From positions 620,001 through 684,000 of the forward strand of contig RSEE01000020.1 of the NCBI GenBank assembly GCA_003971905.1: 64,000 nt of DNA. The letters are read 5' to 3'. A program made the translations under genes and the position numbers. Below the pieces are notes generated by a model, which saw nothing but the letters and a program-made list of their open reading frames with translations, did no database searches and was not told the DNA's origin. Shown one piece after another: positions 1 through 14,063 of the stretch (the first letter of the stretch is position 1; each line of letters starts with the position of its first letter). This stretch comes from Moniliella sp. 'wahieum'. Lineage: Eukaryota.

Positions 1-133
1 CATGCCCTTGGCCTTGGCCGACGTGCTGCCCCAACCCGAGTTGAAGGCCAAAATCGAGGCGTGGCTGCAGGAAGTACGCGCCAAGGGCGAAGCGTATGCG
101 CGTAAGCGCCGCCGTTCAGTCGTGGCGTCATAG
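1..133 (+). CDS. UFD2: 3' end of ubiquitin conjugation factor E4 (U-box C-terminus), truncated by window edge
   Basis: Frame from nt 2 reads MPLALADVLPQPELKAKIEAWLQE...* (TAG 131-133), matching the U-box tail of Ufd2/UBE4 (PL.L.DV.P..ELK.KIE.W/F). Confidence 0.7.
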   Translation, partial: MPLALADVLPQPELKAKIEAWLQEVRAKGEAYARKRRRSVVAS

Positions 134-910
134 CGAACTGAAACCTTCATCCAAGTCATCCGAGTCTCGTTGGGTTGGCCAGGGGGGTGGACGAGGGGAA
201 CGCACCCAGCTGGAATTGAACGGTGTATATCGCGAGGCAGGTAAAGTTAGACTACTAGCCACGGAGCCACAAATAGCAAGCATCACTTACGGTTGGCTTG
301 GGTGGCCAAGACCGAAGACGGGTATAACTTACCACCTGCGCTTGGCCATCCGGCCAATTGGTTCGCTCTCTGCTTAGCGTCTGGCCGCATTGGTTCGATC
401 CCGGAACAGCTAGAGAGAGTAGCAGTAGGAAGTAGCATCGTGAGGATCGTCAAATCGATTAGTCGGGGATGCCGTGTAACGGTAACTACTGTGGATTGCT
501 TTTCTACATGGCGCTGCACTTCCCAGATTCGTGCGCCGGCATCAGACCGGATGTGGTGCGGCTGCCGTCGAGCCACCTCCCGCCCCTGGTCGTCGTCGTG
601 GAATACTGGCGAATATTGACGCTGACAGTGGCTGGACCTGGATGGTTTCCGAGCGCAATGCATCCCCCCATCTTCGCCGACTGGCCTTCAAGCTTCAAGC
701 TTCAACGACATGCGAATGATTAATGATCAAAGGCATGACGCGTGACGTCTGACGCATGCATGACGGCCGTGCGTGCGGAATTCAGTGCTTCATCCCCGCC
801 CCATTCTGGGCTATTTCCGCCTGGCAGGCGTCCAACCCAACGAACGCCCAACGCCACGCCACGCCTCGCCTCACCTTGCCTCGCATCGCGCCTCCTCGAC
901 CACCATCGCA

Positions 911-1656
911 ATGGAAGACGCTGACCTGCAAGCCATCCGCCAAGCACGTCTCGCCCAGCTGCAACAGGGTGCGCCTACAGGAGGAGCAGGTACGTTGAGA
1001 GTCGAATCAGTGTCTTTGGCTGTGCGAGGCCAACTGACCGCTGCCTTGTGGCTCAGGCGCCGGCCCATCCATGCGCGGCGGAGCAGACCAGGAAGAACAG
1101 CGCGCAGCCCAAGAGGAGATGAAACGGGACCTCTTGACTCGCATTCTCGATCCCAGTGCGCGAGAACGGCGTATGTATTGATTGTTCCACCTTCCCTTCC
1201 CCTTCCCCTCCTTCCTTTCCCCTTCCCCTTCCCTTCCCCTTCCTTTCCTAGCGTAGCACCGTGACTGATCTGTCTGTGGTGGGGGGTAGTATCGCGAATT
1301 GCTCTCGTCAAGCCCGCCAAGGCAGATGCGATCACCAATCTGCTAGTCCAACTGGCCAAGTCCGGCCAGATTCGGCAACGCGTGTCTGAGCGTGAACTGA
1401 TTGACCTGCTGGACCAAGTGGAGCAGCGCTCGGGGGGCGACAGCGAGCCTAAGATCATTGTATGTCCCATGTCTATCTTCTCCCTTGGGCACTATTTCCT
1501 TACCTTGATGGTGAACAAGCCTGTTTCCGGCAATGTGTTTCCTGGCCCTCGTACACTTGAAGGATGGGATTCGGAAACGGAAACTGACCCCACTTTTGGC
1601 AGATGGCACGCAAGAAGCAAGTTCTGGATGACTCGGACGACGACTTCGACCTGTAG
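911..1656 (+). CDS. PDCD5: Programmed cell death protein 5 homologue (dsDNA-binding domain), 4 exons
   Basis: MEDADLQAIRQARLAQLQ...LLTRILDPSARER/LSRIALVKP...VSERELIDLLDQV...DSDDDFDL*. Introns start GTACGT (990), GTATGT (1171) and GTATGT (1460) and have CTGAC-type branch points. Confidence 0.92.
1190..1248 (+). repeat. Polypyrimidine (CCCTT/CCCCTT)n tract in PDCD5 intron 2
   Basis: cttcccttccccttcccctccttcctttccccttccccttcccttccccttcctttcc read directly. Confidence 0.85.
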
Positions 1657-2066
1657 CTCCTTTGGCAATGCAGATGGCATCCACAATTTCCTATCGTCTC
1701 TGTCGCCATGATACATGTTTGCTCATGTGACGACGGGATTGTCCTGGTCCTAGCCTTTTCCCAATTTATCTTAGAGGAAGTTCAAGTGCAGAGTTAGATA
1801 GTATGATGCGCCCAAGGGGAGGACCAATCCCACTTCCTGCAGGTGGAGGGGTCAGAAAAGGCTGAGATATGGTCCCCCACGTTCTGGCGCTTGAAGGTTG
1901 ACGAAGTGTCCGCTTCTTCATATGCTTGGGCAGTCTTCTACCTTGGCATGAATCGATGTACATCATGGCGCAGTGGTTTGAGGCGCACTATCACAACTCT
2001 GCCTTACAGTGGATTGGAACCTGACACGTACATTCTGCTCTACTGTCTTGAAAAACACATGCATAT

Positions 2067-3276
2067 TTATCGTCCCTTTGCGCCTTCCCTCCCTTAGCCT
2101 TGCCCTTAGACTTGCCCAAAAGACGTTGCTGAGCCGCCAGAAACTCTTCCTCTGTCGGCTCCCCAGGCTCAACGCGAGGCGCAAGGGGGTCCCTACGCTC
2201 CCGCTTGCCCTTACCTCCGCGTGCCTTGTGGCGAGCATCGGCCTCTGCATGAGCATCCGCCTCGAGTCGTGCCAAAAGTCCCCCGATCCCACCGCCACGA
2301 TTGGCTTGCCGACGCGGATCAGTGCCGCCAGACCGTCGAGATCCTCCTCTTCGGGCTCGTTCGCCTTGTTCTTGTCCTTGGACGTCTTGCCCCGGGCTCG
2401 TTTGGCAGGCTTACTTGGTTCTTCATCGTCCTCGGGAGGCTGGTCGGAACGAGAGGCGGATTTTTCCTTGCGCGACCGCTTCTTGCCCCCGTACACCTCG
2501 TCCAGATTCCAAGTTCTTTCGCGTGCTCCTCGGCTTCGGCCTCTTCCTTGCGCGCGTTTTTGCGCATCTTTCCATCCCTTGGTGTCAGCGAGCGAGGCGG
2601 TCCATCCTTCCAGTTTCTCAAGATCGTGGGAGCGGATGCCATCTTCAACAAGAGCGATGAACCGATCTTCGTCCGTAAGTTCGTTGGCACAGGGCACCGT
2701 CTTGAGGATCTCGAAGAGCGAGCCATCGTTGGAACGGTAGGCTTCGTACACATCTTGCTTCTCCTCTTCGGAGCCTATTTGGTTTCTTGTTAGTTTGCTA
2801 ATGTGCAGGCGAGTACCCAAATCAAGGAAAAACGACGTACCAACATATTGTTTCTTAAAGTCATCGATCTTTTCCACACACATCTCAGCAAAGATGTCGC
2901 GGAAGTACTCGTCCCAGCTAAAGCCATCCTCAGTGGCAAAGCCCTCATCTGTCCGGCCCGTCGCGTCGTACCGCTTCCTTCGCTCCGGGGAGGAGAGAAC
3001 AGCGTATGCAAAGCCGAGCTGGTGGAACTTGGTCGTATCCTCCTCTGTGCCTTTGCCAGCTAGCTTGTCGGGGTGGAGACGCAGCGCACCACTGGGAGGG
3101 TTCGTGTCAGTTCTGGTACATCCATGCGAGTGGCGAGGGTGTAGAGGTAAATATAACGTACCGGCGATAGGCCTTTCGGATCTGATCATCGCTTGCATCA
3201 GATGGGACGGAGAGGACGGCATAGAGGTCCACCTCGCCGTCGGGGAAGAGAACTGAAGCGCAGGGTCGGGGTCCAT
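2067..3276 (-). CDS. DnaJ-domain co-chaperone, DNAJC9-like
   Basis: DLYAVLSV...QIRKAYRR/ALRLHPDK...FHQLGFAYAVLSSPERRKRYDATG gives a J domain with HPD. YVG/SEEEKQDVYEAY and C-terminal EPTEEEFLAAQQRL are typical of fungal DNAJC9. Introns and frameshifts present; 3' end approximate. Confidence 0.85.
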
Positions 3277-3740
3277 GGGGGCTGGTGGTTGCTCGAACGA
3301 AGGACTCCCCCCCACCCACCCTCTCGCGCGTCCACCTGGCTGCCGCGGCGCGACGCGACGGGTGGGCCGGGGCTGACGTCAGCGCGTCAGCAGAGATGGG
3401 ATGCTGCGCCGCCAGCAGAAATTGCAATTTCATGACTGGGTCCAAGAATCAAACTGCAGGTCGTTTGCGTTGCGGCATCCAATCAATACCTGCCCATTCT
3501 CACCTCTTCCGAGGACTCCCAGAAATGACTCCTCAGCGACGTTACATCGCCCACGTACAGAAACCAAGAGGGGCTCTGACCTCACCCACCAAGACTTACA
3601 TTCTAATGTCCAAACTCCATTCCTTGGTAAAAAGCCCGCAATACGTAACTGATAGTATTCCTCCACCCGCTGGTTTCTGCCGTTTGCAGCAGAACGGACC
3701 TTACCCTTCCTCGGATCCACGACGGCGCCCGCGCTAGAAA

Positions 3741-3780
3741 GGTCACATAGGTCACAAGGTCACAAGGTCACAAGGTCAAC
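3741..3780 (+). repeat. Short tandem repeat (GGTCACAA)-like x~5 between DnaJ and SR genes
   Basis: ggtcacata ggtcacaa ggtcacaa ggtcacaaa ggtcaac; poly-G tract follows at ~3817-3832. Confidence 0.8.
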
Positions 3781-3871
3781 TATAGTCAAGTAAAGGTAAG
3801 AGAGCAGTGCGCAGAAAGGGGGGGGGGGGGGCTTTCTGCCTCGGCAAGCACCGTGGTGGCATATGAACCGG

Positions 3872-4877
3872 CTAGTACCCTGTCTCCTCCGTCCCCTCTG
3901 CTTCGTCATTCGCCACAGGTTGCAGAGGGGAAGGGGTACGCGGCGGGTGGATCAGCGAGGAAGTGATGTTCACCTTTCCCTGCGTTGGCGACGAGGGACG
4001 CGGTGAAAAGTCCTGGTGGCGGTCCTCGCGGCTGTCTTGCTTGGCCGAACGGTAGGTCTCCTCGCGGTCGATTGAGGGGTACCGTTCCTCATCCTGGTCC
4101 CTCGAGGTGTAGCGATCCTCACGGTAGCGAGGCGGGGAGCGGGCCTTGGAAGTGTCACGCTCCTCACGGTAGCGAGGGGAGAGCGCTCCCTGAAACTCTG
4201 CGAGGGAGGGACCTCGAACGGCGCGCAGAGCGGGAGTGCCGAGGAGGAGGAGGGGGCAGGAACGAAGGGTCCTCGGATCAGCACGGAGGATATTTCCTTG
4301 CATCCTCATGCCGTCGATGCGCAACGCCGCTTCCAGGTCGTCGGGGGATTCAAACTCAAGGATGCCCTCGTCGCGACGGTAGGGGTCGACATCGGCGAAA
4401 GAGACGTAGCCGTACATGCGTCCCAGATCTTGACATCTTGCCACGAAGTGCCAGGGGGAAGGTTGCTCAAGTAGAGTCGGAACCGAGGACGACGCGGGGG
4501 GGCGCGCGGGACGCCGGCCGGGCGCTTGGCAGGTTCGACGATCAGCCGTTCGCCCATGAACATACGGCCGTGCAGATCCTGGCAGAGGAGGTTAGTGGCA
4601 TGCTCGTGGGGCCATGGTGGAAGAGGGAGAGAAGACGTACATAGGATGCGTCGTCGGCATCACGAGGGTCGTCAAACTCGACAAAGGCAAAGTTGCCGTT
4701 GCCCATGATGCGCACATCGAGGAGGCTGGAAGGGCACGGGCGTCAGTTAACGGTATCTCAGCGGGAGGGCGGGGGGGTAGGGGAACACGCCATAGCGTCC
4801 AAACTCGTCCTCGAGGTCGCGGATGCGCACGTCGGGTGCGAGGTGGCCGACGTAAAGACGGGTGAATGCGGGGGCAT
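3872..4877 (-). CDS. SR-family splicing factor with two RRMs (Srp2/SRSF4-6-like)
   Basis: RRM1 TRLYVGHL...DLEDEFGRYG...FAFVEFDDPRDADDA; RRM2 FRLYLSNLPPGTSWQDVK (SWQDLKD-type signature); RS/RD-rich tail. Confidence 0.85.
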
Positions 4878-5137
4878 GGGTTGGTTGCTGGCGCTCGGGG
4901 TGGTGGGGCAGAGCGAGGGCGTCTGGGTGGCGGCCCCGCACTCTAAAAAAGCGGCTGAATTTAACTTGACTAAGCGAGTTTGAGTGCGGCGGAATGTGCA
5001 CTTCCGCCCGGCTCTATTTACCCCGCCAGAGCGTGGGGCTGGCGGGTGCGGTTAGGGTTCGGCGTCGCAAGCAACGTGGCCGCCGCGCAGAACTTCGCAG
5101 CGCCGTCCCTCCGCCGCAGCCCACCCGCCATCGACCG

Positions 5138-7317
5138 ATGGACGGACTGATTGTGGTCGGCGGCGACGGCCGCGCGGTGCTCGCATCGCGCTTTGCCAGC
5201 AGCAGCAGCAGCAACACGCTTGCGCGCGCCCAGTATGCCCGCATCCACCTCGACCGCTGGCACGAAGAGGTGCTGACGGCATTCCATGTCGCCGAGCAGC
5301 AGCGCGCGGCGCAACCTCTGGCCCACGCCGCCCATCGCTGGTGCCTACCAGTGCCGTGTTCGCTGCCGCCTTCCCCGGCTCCTCGCTCAACAATCCAGCT
5401 CTCGAGCGTCCCGACAGCACCGATCCATTGGGCCGCACCGCCGTCGCAGGCGAGGCCGAAACCCTTCTGCCCAGCTCCTTGATCCAACACAATACGCAGC
5501 TTCCGGGCTCCGATGTGCGTCTTCCCCCAGCACGGACGAAGACCGACCTTCCTCCGCTTCTCTGGGTGGAGGTGTCCCCCCTCTCGCTGCCAGTTTGGGA
5601 AAAGGCCGGCCCGAGGACGAAAGCGACTTCAGTGAGAGCGAGTCCGAGTCGGGCTCCGAAGTTGCGTCGTCCAGAAAACGGCCCCACCTCCTCCCCAAGG
5701 GCATGACGAGTGACTGGGAAGCGGAAAAGGCATGGGGAGCGGACCCTTCTCCTCCCCCGACATCCTCTCCACCCGAGGTGCTGCCCACTCTTTTGACGGG
5801 TACAGTTCTCTACCACAAGTCCCACAACGATCTCCACTTTCTTTTGCCGGTCTCCTCTGCCACCACTCCGGTGCTGATGCCACCTACGTTCCTCGACTTT
5901 TTCGTGCGTCTACTGAGCGACTATGTGGGGGAGCGCAATACCTCACCACCGACGGTGTGAGGGAGAACTTGACCTGATATACGCGTTGATGGAAGAGGTG
6001 CTGGACGATGGCGGGGCCTGGCCGATCTTGACGCAAAACTGGTTGTTGGAAAAAATCGTTCCCCCGGAGACGGGCTGGACTGGATTGGCAGAGCGATGGG
6101 CAGACAAGATGAGCGCGAGGTATGTTTTTGTCACCTCCCCCCCCCTCTTCCTATGCAAGGAGCGTCCCATTTTCCCTCATGCTTAACTTCTCCGGAATAC
6201 CGGGCGGGTCTCGATCATCTCTACTATCCAAACTCCCCTTCTTCACGTACGCATGCTGACATCTGGAAGCATCTCGGCCTCTTCAAGTGCACCCACCGAC
6301 GCTGGACAGATCCGTGCGGCCCTTGCCTCCGGTGGCGCGCCCTGGCGCCCCCCGTTGGTCAAGCATGCACGCGAAGATATCCTCTTTGACCTAATCGAAC
6401 GCGTTGAGGGCACGTTTTCCCGCACTGGCACCCTCGTGCGAGCCACAACGGGTCTCCGTGTCGATGGCAACTCGCGCCTCAGTGACTCGCCCCAAGTTTC
6501 CCTCGTTCTTGTTCCGCGAGCATCGTTGGGTACCCCCTCCTTTCACCCCTGTGTAAGGTTACGTCCGTGGCAGAAGGAAGGAGCCCTGGACTTTGTCCCC
6601 CCGGATGGGCCGGTTTACTCTGGCCACTTTCGGTGCCCACCCCTTCTTTGCGAGAGGTAGAGGCGGTGATACCTTTCAAGTTGGAATGCAAGATGCGTGT
6701 TTCGCCCGGGGAATGGGAGGAAAGCGGATTTTCGGCTGGATCTGGAAGCCTTGCTGCCAGTGGCAAAGCTGGGTATGGGCGGCTGGCAACGGCCAGACAG
6801 TGTCGCAACTGGTCTCTCCTTCCAGGTGCCAGAGGATGCGACCGACATGGACTGCTCCTTATTTGCGTTTGCGGCCAGTGGCTCGAGTGGCGGGTCGGGA
6901 AAAGCAACGGACGCCCGACGAGGCCGGGTGTGGCTTTACGACCCGAAACTGCGTGTGCTCCGATGGGCTTTGGGAACGATCCGGCCTGGTCGGGCGGTGC
7001 GGTGCGGATGAGGGGTTCCTTCCGCACACGCAGTCTCGCGCCCGTGGTTGGAAGCAATGTCGGGGTCCAATTTACCCTTGTCAATGGCGGGCACCAAGCC
7101 GCCCTCACCGCCGGCCGCACCTCTCTCTTGGGTGCGCATGCGACTCGTATCTCTGTTTCCTCCGCGCGCCCACCCAGGGAGGAAGTGGAATGGAAGGATT
7201 TGGGTCGCAGTCACGTGGCAAGTCCAAAGCGGTCGCGGGAGGCACGACGATCCGCCCAAGGTCTTCAAGGGTGTGCGAGGCGTGCTGATGGCCGATTTGG
7301 AGTACCGCTGGGCTTGA
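5138..7317 (+). CDS. APM3: Adaptor complex medium subunit, AP-3 mu-like
   Basis: MDGLIVVG...SRF N-terminus, DLIYALMEEVLDDG, PWR...EDILFDLIE, FHPCVRLRPWQKEGALDFVPPDG and C-terminal FKGVRG...LEYRW are mu-homology domain motifs. Confidence 0.85.
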
Positions 7318-7944
7318 GCCTGATCAAAGCATGGAAATGTAGTCACCAATACCTTATTCTCGTATTTTGCGCCCACGCTGCTCATGACGTCTGCGTGGGA
7401 GATGTGATCATTGTCAATTAGCAACCGGAAGACGTATCGCCAGTTGAATTCAGCCTTGATTCGAACTAGTCGCTGGGTGATGTCAACGAGCTCGGTTCGA
7501 TCTTGAGACTGTGCATGTGCCCTTTTAGTCCTGAGCGCGCCCTGAGCGCTACTAAGTGTGCGAGATACATCGTGATGATATTCATTTTAGGTCCTGACTC
7601 GCTTGAAGCTTGAGGGACCTCTGTCCGAGAATTTCCAGAACGAATCGATAAGAGGGGAGGAACTCGCTCGGGGATAAGGCCTAAAGGACCAAGGCTCATA
7701 CATGCGTCGAATCGGAACTCTCGTGAAGAGAAGAAGGCCAAAGGGGTGAGAATATCTGCTCGAAGTCCTATCGGAATGTCTGCTCAAATAAAGTCCTATC
7801 AGGAACGCCGAACGCCCCTTTGCTCCAAGGGCCGATGCCCCGGCTATAGCTACGTGCGGAGAAAATCATGAAGGAAACCAATGAGGGCAGTGACAAAAGG
7901 CGGTGAGGTGGGGCATGGGAACTGCAGAGTGGGGTGAACGTCGC

Positions 7945-9642
<1,698 letters not shown>

Positions 9643-11260
9643 TGTGGAAGAAGAGAACCTGGTGTACGAGGGGGAGGCGGTAGAGATGGAGATGGATGGT
9701 TGGGAGGGATGGAGCGCGGTGGGAACCAACCAGAGGGCATTTTATACTGGTCTCGTCTCGTACTGAACCTGCTAGAACGCCGCCGACGATACGATTGTTG
9801 ATTGGGACAGCAACCAGATAAAATTCGAGGTAATCTGCCGCTGCCCGCGCAGCGCCACTGTGTCTTCGCGCTGTATGTCCGTCCGTACCCGGTCAGAGAC
9901 AGCGTACGTAATTATCCGACACTGCCCCTCTCCCGCCGCTGGTTGGGCAAGGCTGTACATAATTGCCGGGGCAGCCTAATTGCCGCCGCCACTGCCCAAA
10001 AAACCGGGCCTTTTGTCTGTGCTGCAATGCGTTTCCACTTTACCCCACGTCTGCGTTTTCCCATGTTTCTATCAGCGCATCAGCAGAGCAGCACACAAGA
10101 ACCGCCACTCCCACAGTTATCTATCTGACAGGCTCTGCGGCTGCGCGCACCTGATGCGTTCTTCGGGTGTTGCGCAAGTCCCCGCTATCCTCTCGCCGCT
10201 ATCTTCCGACACTGAAAAGCCGACGACGCTCACGGTGTTTCATTGTAAAGCTGGCGGCCTCTTATACAGTCTTCCACAAACAGCTTGTTGTAGAGATCGA
10301 GATCAGTATACATCGCGAACACAAAACAGAGAGATATGTCCATCGTGCACACCATCATTACACAATGCATGATCATCCTGTCATTGTCGAGATGTATAAC
10401 GGGGGGGAGAGAGAAGATAGAGTTGCATTCTTCGTATAGCATTTTTGCAGAGATCTTATATTTGCACTATGGTAAAAGAGACTACACACTATGGGGTAAC
10501 AATAAAAAGTCGGACGCCATACCAACAGGTGTGATGCATGAATGTGCCATTGTTGCTGGTACTAAGAATGGGTGCGTCAGTCAACCAAACAGTTCCACAG
10601 CGAATTTTGCCTCCATAGAGGAGCCCACAGCAGATTTTCGGCTCGGAACATTTGGTGCAAGTAGCAATGCAATGATGACGACTGGTGAGGGTTGAAGTGT
10701 GAGGATATGACTGGTGCTAACGATCAACTAAGGCGCAAATCATACCAAAAAAAACAAGAGGTTCCGGCAAGCCGGCGATGCATTCACGTGGGTAGTAATA
10801 GAGGCTGCAGAAGAGAGGCATGAGATACAAGTGGCAAAAGCATCGTGTATGATATGATATCGGGGTAGGGAAGGTAGCATATATGGCATTGCCCATTTGT
10901 GATCATGTCGGCTATATGGTGTGCAGAAAGGCATTGGTCAATGTCAATGTCCATGGTACTTCCGCTTTCTCTTGTGGCTGTATTCCATATATGGCCATCG
11001 CGCGCTCTTTTATTGCATTGCCGTAATGCTCCGCATAACCATCTACGGGTCGAGATAAGAAACGCAGAGTATAGCCTCAGTAACCCTTTTGTGGTGTATT
11101 TGACATTTTTGCAGAGGTAGAAGTGCTTTCGAAAACAAATACGAAAAGAAAGAAATTGCTGAATCCAGCAAGCGCACGAGGGACGTCATGCAGGACGCAA
11201 CATACATAAATGAACGGGATGGAGCAGGAGCTGAAGGGGGAGGGGAGGGAAGAAGGGCGC

Positions 11261-12470
11261 TTAACCAAGGTAGTTGTAAGTGGACATGTTGCCAAAGCCG
11301 AAATCGGGCGTGCCACCCAGGGTTCCAAAGACATCACCAACATAGTTCTTGGCAGTGAAGGTGTTGTTTTCGTACAGTTTCCCCCATTGCTGGACAACGT
11401 CGTTGATGAAGGGCCATCCAGCATGGTACAGGTTCTGCACTGACACAGAGAAAGCGTCGCCCATGGACGAATTGGTAAAGTACGTGACAGGGTCCATCGA
11501 GGGAGGCGCACGGTCAAAGTCCGAAGCACTGCGCATGACCACTAGACGCTGGTAGTCGAGCAGGCCGTACTTGGAGGCACGCATGAAAGCCGAAGCAACC
11601 GCCGTGTCCTCCTGGGCGGTAGTGCAGTACTCTGCCGTGCCATTCGTCCACACCTTCATGATGTCGGAGAAAGCATTGTCAAGGTAGGCACCAGTATAGT
11701 ACTGGTCACTCGTGGCCACATCGCACTTGACAACCGACGGGGGTTGGTTGGCCGGAGCATAGGGGTAGAGCTTGCGGAAGTCCTGGGCCGAAGCAATGTC
11801 GGCGAGGGTGGCTTTGGAGCCAAGCTCGTGAGCGCGCTCCTGGAGTGCCTGGTTGAATTCGAACACCTCAGTGCCGTAGAAGTTGCCCGGGTACTCGCCA
11901 GGTTTGCTTGAACCATAGGAGAAGTAACCATGGACCAGTTGCGGCTCGCAACGTCACGGTAGTCAAACTCGTACTGCATGCCTACGCTCACAGCGTACCG
12001 AAAAGGCGACAGAACCCAAGGTGGCCTGGTGCGGGTTCATCCCAGCAATACCAGCGATGAGGAAGTACGTCTTCTTGAGGTCAAACTGCGGGCTGGTGGC
12101 CAGCGCAGCAGGGCCGTCGAAGCCGCGCAGCGTCGAAGCCGCATTGATCTCGCCCTCGCCGGTGACGACGTTGCAGGGAGTAGTAGTCGTCCACGCAGAA
12201 CACGTGGGGGAAGAGAGGAGAAAGACCAGGAATGGTCACGTTCTGGGTGAAGTTGAGGTGCTGGTGCCAGACTTCCATCTCCGGCTCAAACAGAGAGATG
12301 ATGATGGCTTTGGGTGCATGGGCATCGTGGCGCTTCTCGAATTTGACCTCCTCGGTGCTCAGTTCGACGGGAGTGCGGCGGTAGGCACCACGGCGGGTGT
12401 GCTTGGGGCTGGCGGCTTGGACAGCGGCAGCGGCGGCTGCAGTGGCCACAAGAGTAGAAGCGAACCTCAT
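11261..12470 (-). CDS. NUP-family ('purine nucleoside permease') protein with signal peptide, intronless
   Basis: Signal peptide [19 protein letters not shown] and KR site; IISLFEPE, FDLKKTYFLIAGIAG, YGTEVFEFN, CTTAQED and VVMRSASDFDRAPP are NUP-family motifs. Confidence 0.88.
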
Positions 12471-14063
12471 TGCTTGGAGGAGGGGACAGGGGTGGTGTGG
12501 AAGGGGAAGAAGGTGGGACCGGAGTGGAAGTCAATGACCGATGTCGATGAGGCCGAGGCTGCTGATATAAGGGGAGCCCGTATCGATTTTTAATGATTCT
12601 CAGGCACGAAAGTGAATGGGGGTTGTCAGCGGCTGGTGCCGGCAAGAGGGCGCAGGCGGCAGGCGAGGAGTGGAACGAACCGCGGAGCATGCGCTGGCAT
12701 TCTTACAGCCCTCGAACGCGGATCGTCGAGGAGCGAACCGCGGCCCAGATTAGATGACTGATCGAAGCGTGGGTGATTGTGGGCCATCGGGCGCACGGTC
12801 CGGGTACGATTGGCCATACAATTGTCTGACCCTGGGCAATCATTTGTCCGAGCAGTGGCTTGAGGCACGGCACGCGGGCAGTTCGAGGGCGTCCTGATAA
12901 GTGGGCCGGCAGAATACGAGTGTGCGGGCCAGCAGCCGTCGTGCCGACACCGCATGCACATGGTCCACCCCTCCTCGATCTGCATCCAACCGCACAGGAC
13001 AGCACCCACCGCAGCCGCCCTTCTGCTGCGTCCCACGGCGCCCCCCACCCCTTCAAATTTCAATTCTTCCTTGGCCGCACCTCCGCCCTCTCCTGAAGCT
13101 GCATGATGCATGATGCATGATGTAAGCTGTTTCAATTATTCATTGCAGCACAGCTGCTAGCCCTCGCTGGCCCAGACATCGAGTGCCTGCCCTGGCAGCG
13201 CGTGTTTCGGCACTCGAACCGACGACCCGTGCGTCTGTACCTCTGCCGGCCACCTTCTAACGCACAGCACCTCCATATCAACTCGTTGTACTCAGCCGGA
13301 GTACTCGTTTCCGTCCCTGAGGCCCTGAGATGCATGTCTGGAATGATGCATGAATGATCAATGATAGACTGCCCCTCTTCCTGTGATGAGCAATTGGCAT
13401 TCACATGTGCGATGCATAATGCCCTCCCCGCCTTCCTCATCTAGATTGCTCTCGAGAAGCTCGACAGTTCAAGCTTCAAGTCATATGTGGGGGGGACAAC
13501 CTTTTCCAGAAAGCGGAACCCGCGTAACCACACCCGAGCTCTGGGTCAACGTGGGTCAGCACGGCCAGTCTGTGACCAGATCGCTCCGTCAGGCTCAGCT
13601 CAACCAGGAACGTTGTTTTATCGTTATCGGCTGCCGGTTACCGGATGGTCGCTGGCAAGCACCTGTCACCACATGATGCCGATAGTACCCTCAACTTACC
13701 AAAACAAGTCTTGCACCACGTTGTGATGTGTATATAAGGAAGGTGAGATTGATGATACTGATGAGAACGGACAATGCTCCTCTCGTTTCGACGGAGAGGC
13801 ATGCACAAGCCATGAGTTTTTTCTCCCCATCTTCATGATTTTATTGTACAGGACCCCCCGTCCTCTTTTCCTCTACTTTCGAGTGACTTTAGCGAAGGAA
13901 CATTAAACCCATATGAACTTCCCCAAAGCATACTTAGACGGGTAAGCACAGCCTCTCGGCGAGAAAGTAAGGGTGTGTGTGAGCCACGAGCCCTCGATCA
14001 CTCTCCTGATTAAAACTAACCCTTGCGGAACGTTTTTGAGGATCGACGCAGCACGACTCGAAT

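Noticed and set aside
340..420. tRNA suggested by GGTTCGATCCC
   Set aside because: Weak T-stem and no acceptor, D or anticodon arms could be built.
10200..11200. AT-richer spacer with short ORFs, possible transposon relic
   Set aside because: No terminal repeats, TSD or recognisable TE protein motifs visible.
12560..12610. Possible TPP riboswitch upstream of the NUP gene (minus strand CTGAGA...ATACGG)
   Set aside because: The ACTTGATC...TAATACC..GCG core is absent; the region looks like a plain TATA promoter.
14010..14025. Telomerase-RNA template or telomeric seeds (CTAACCCT; TTAGGG at ~5052 and ~63692)
   Set aside because: Single isolated hexamers with no tandem array or supporting structure.
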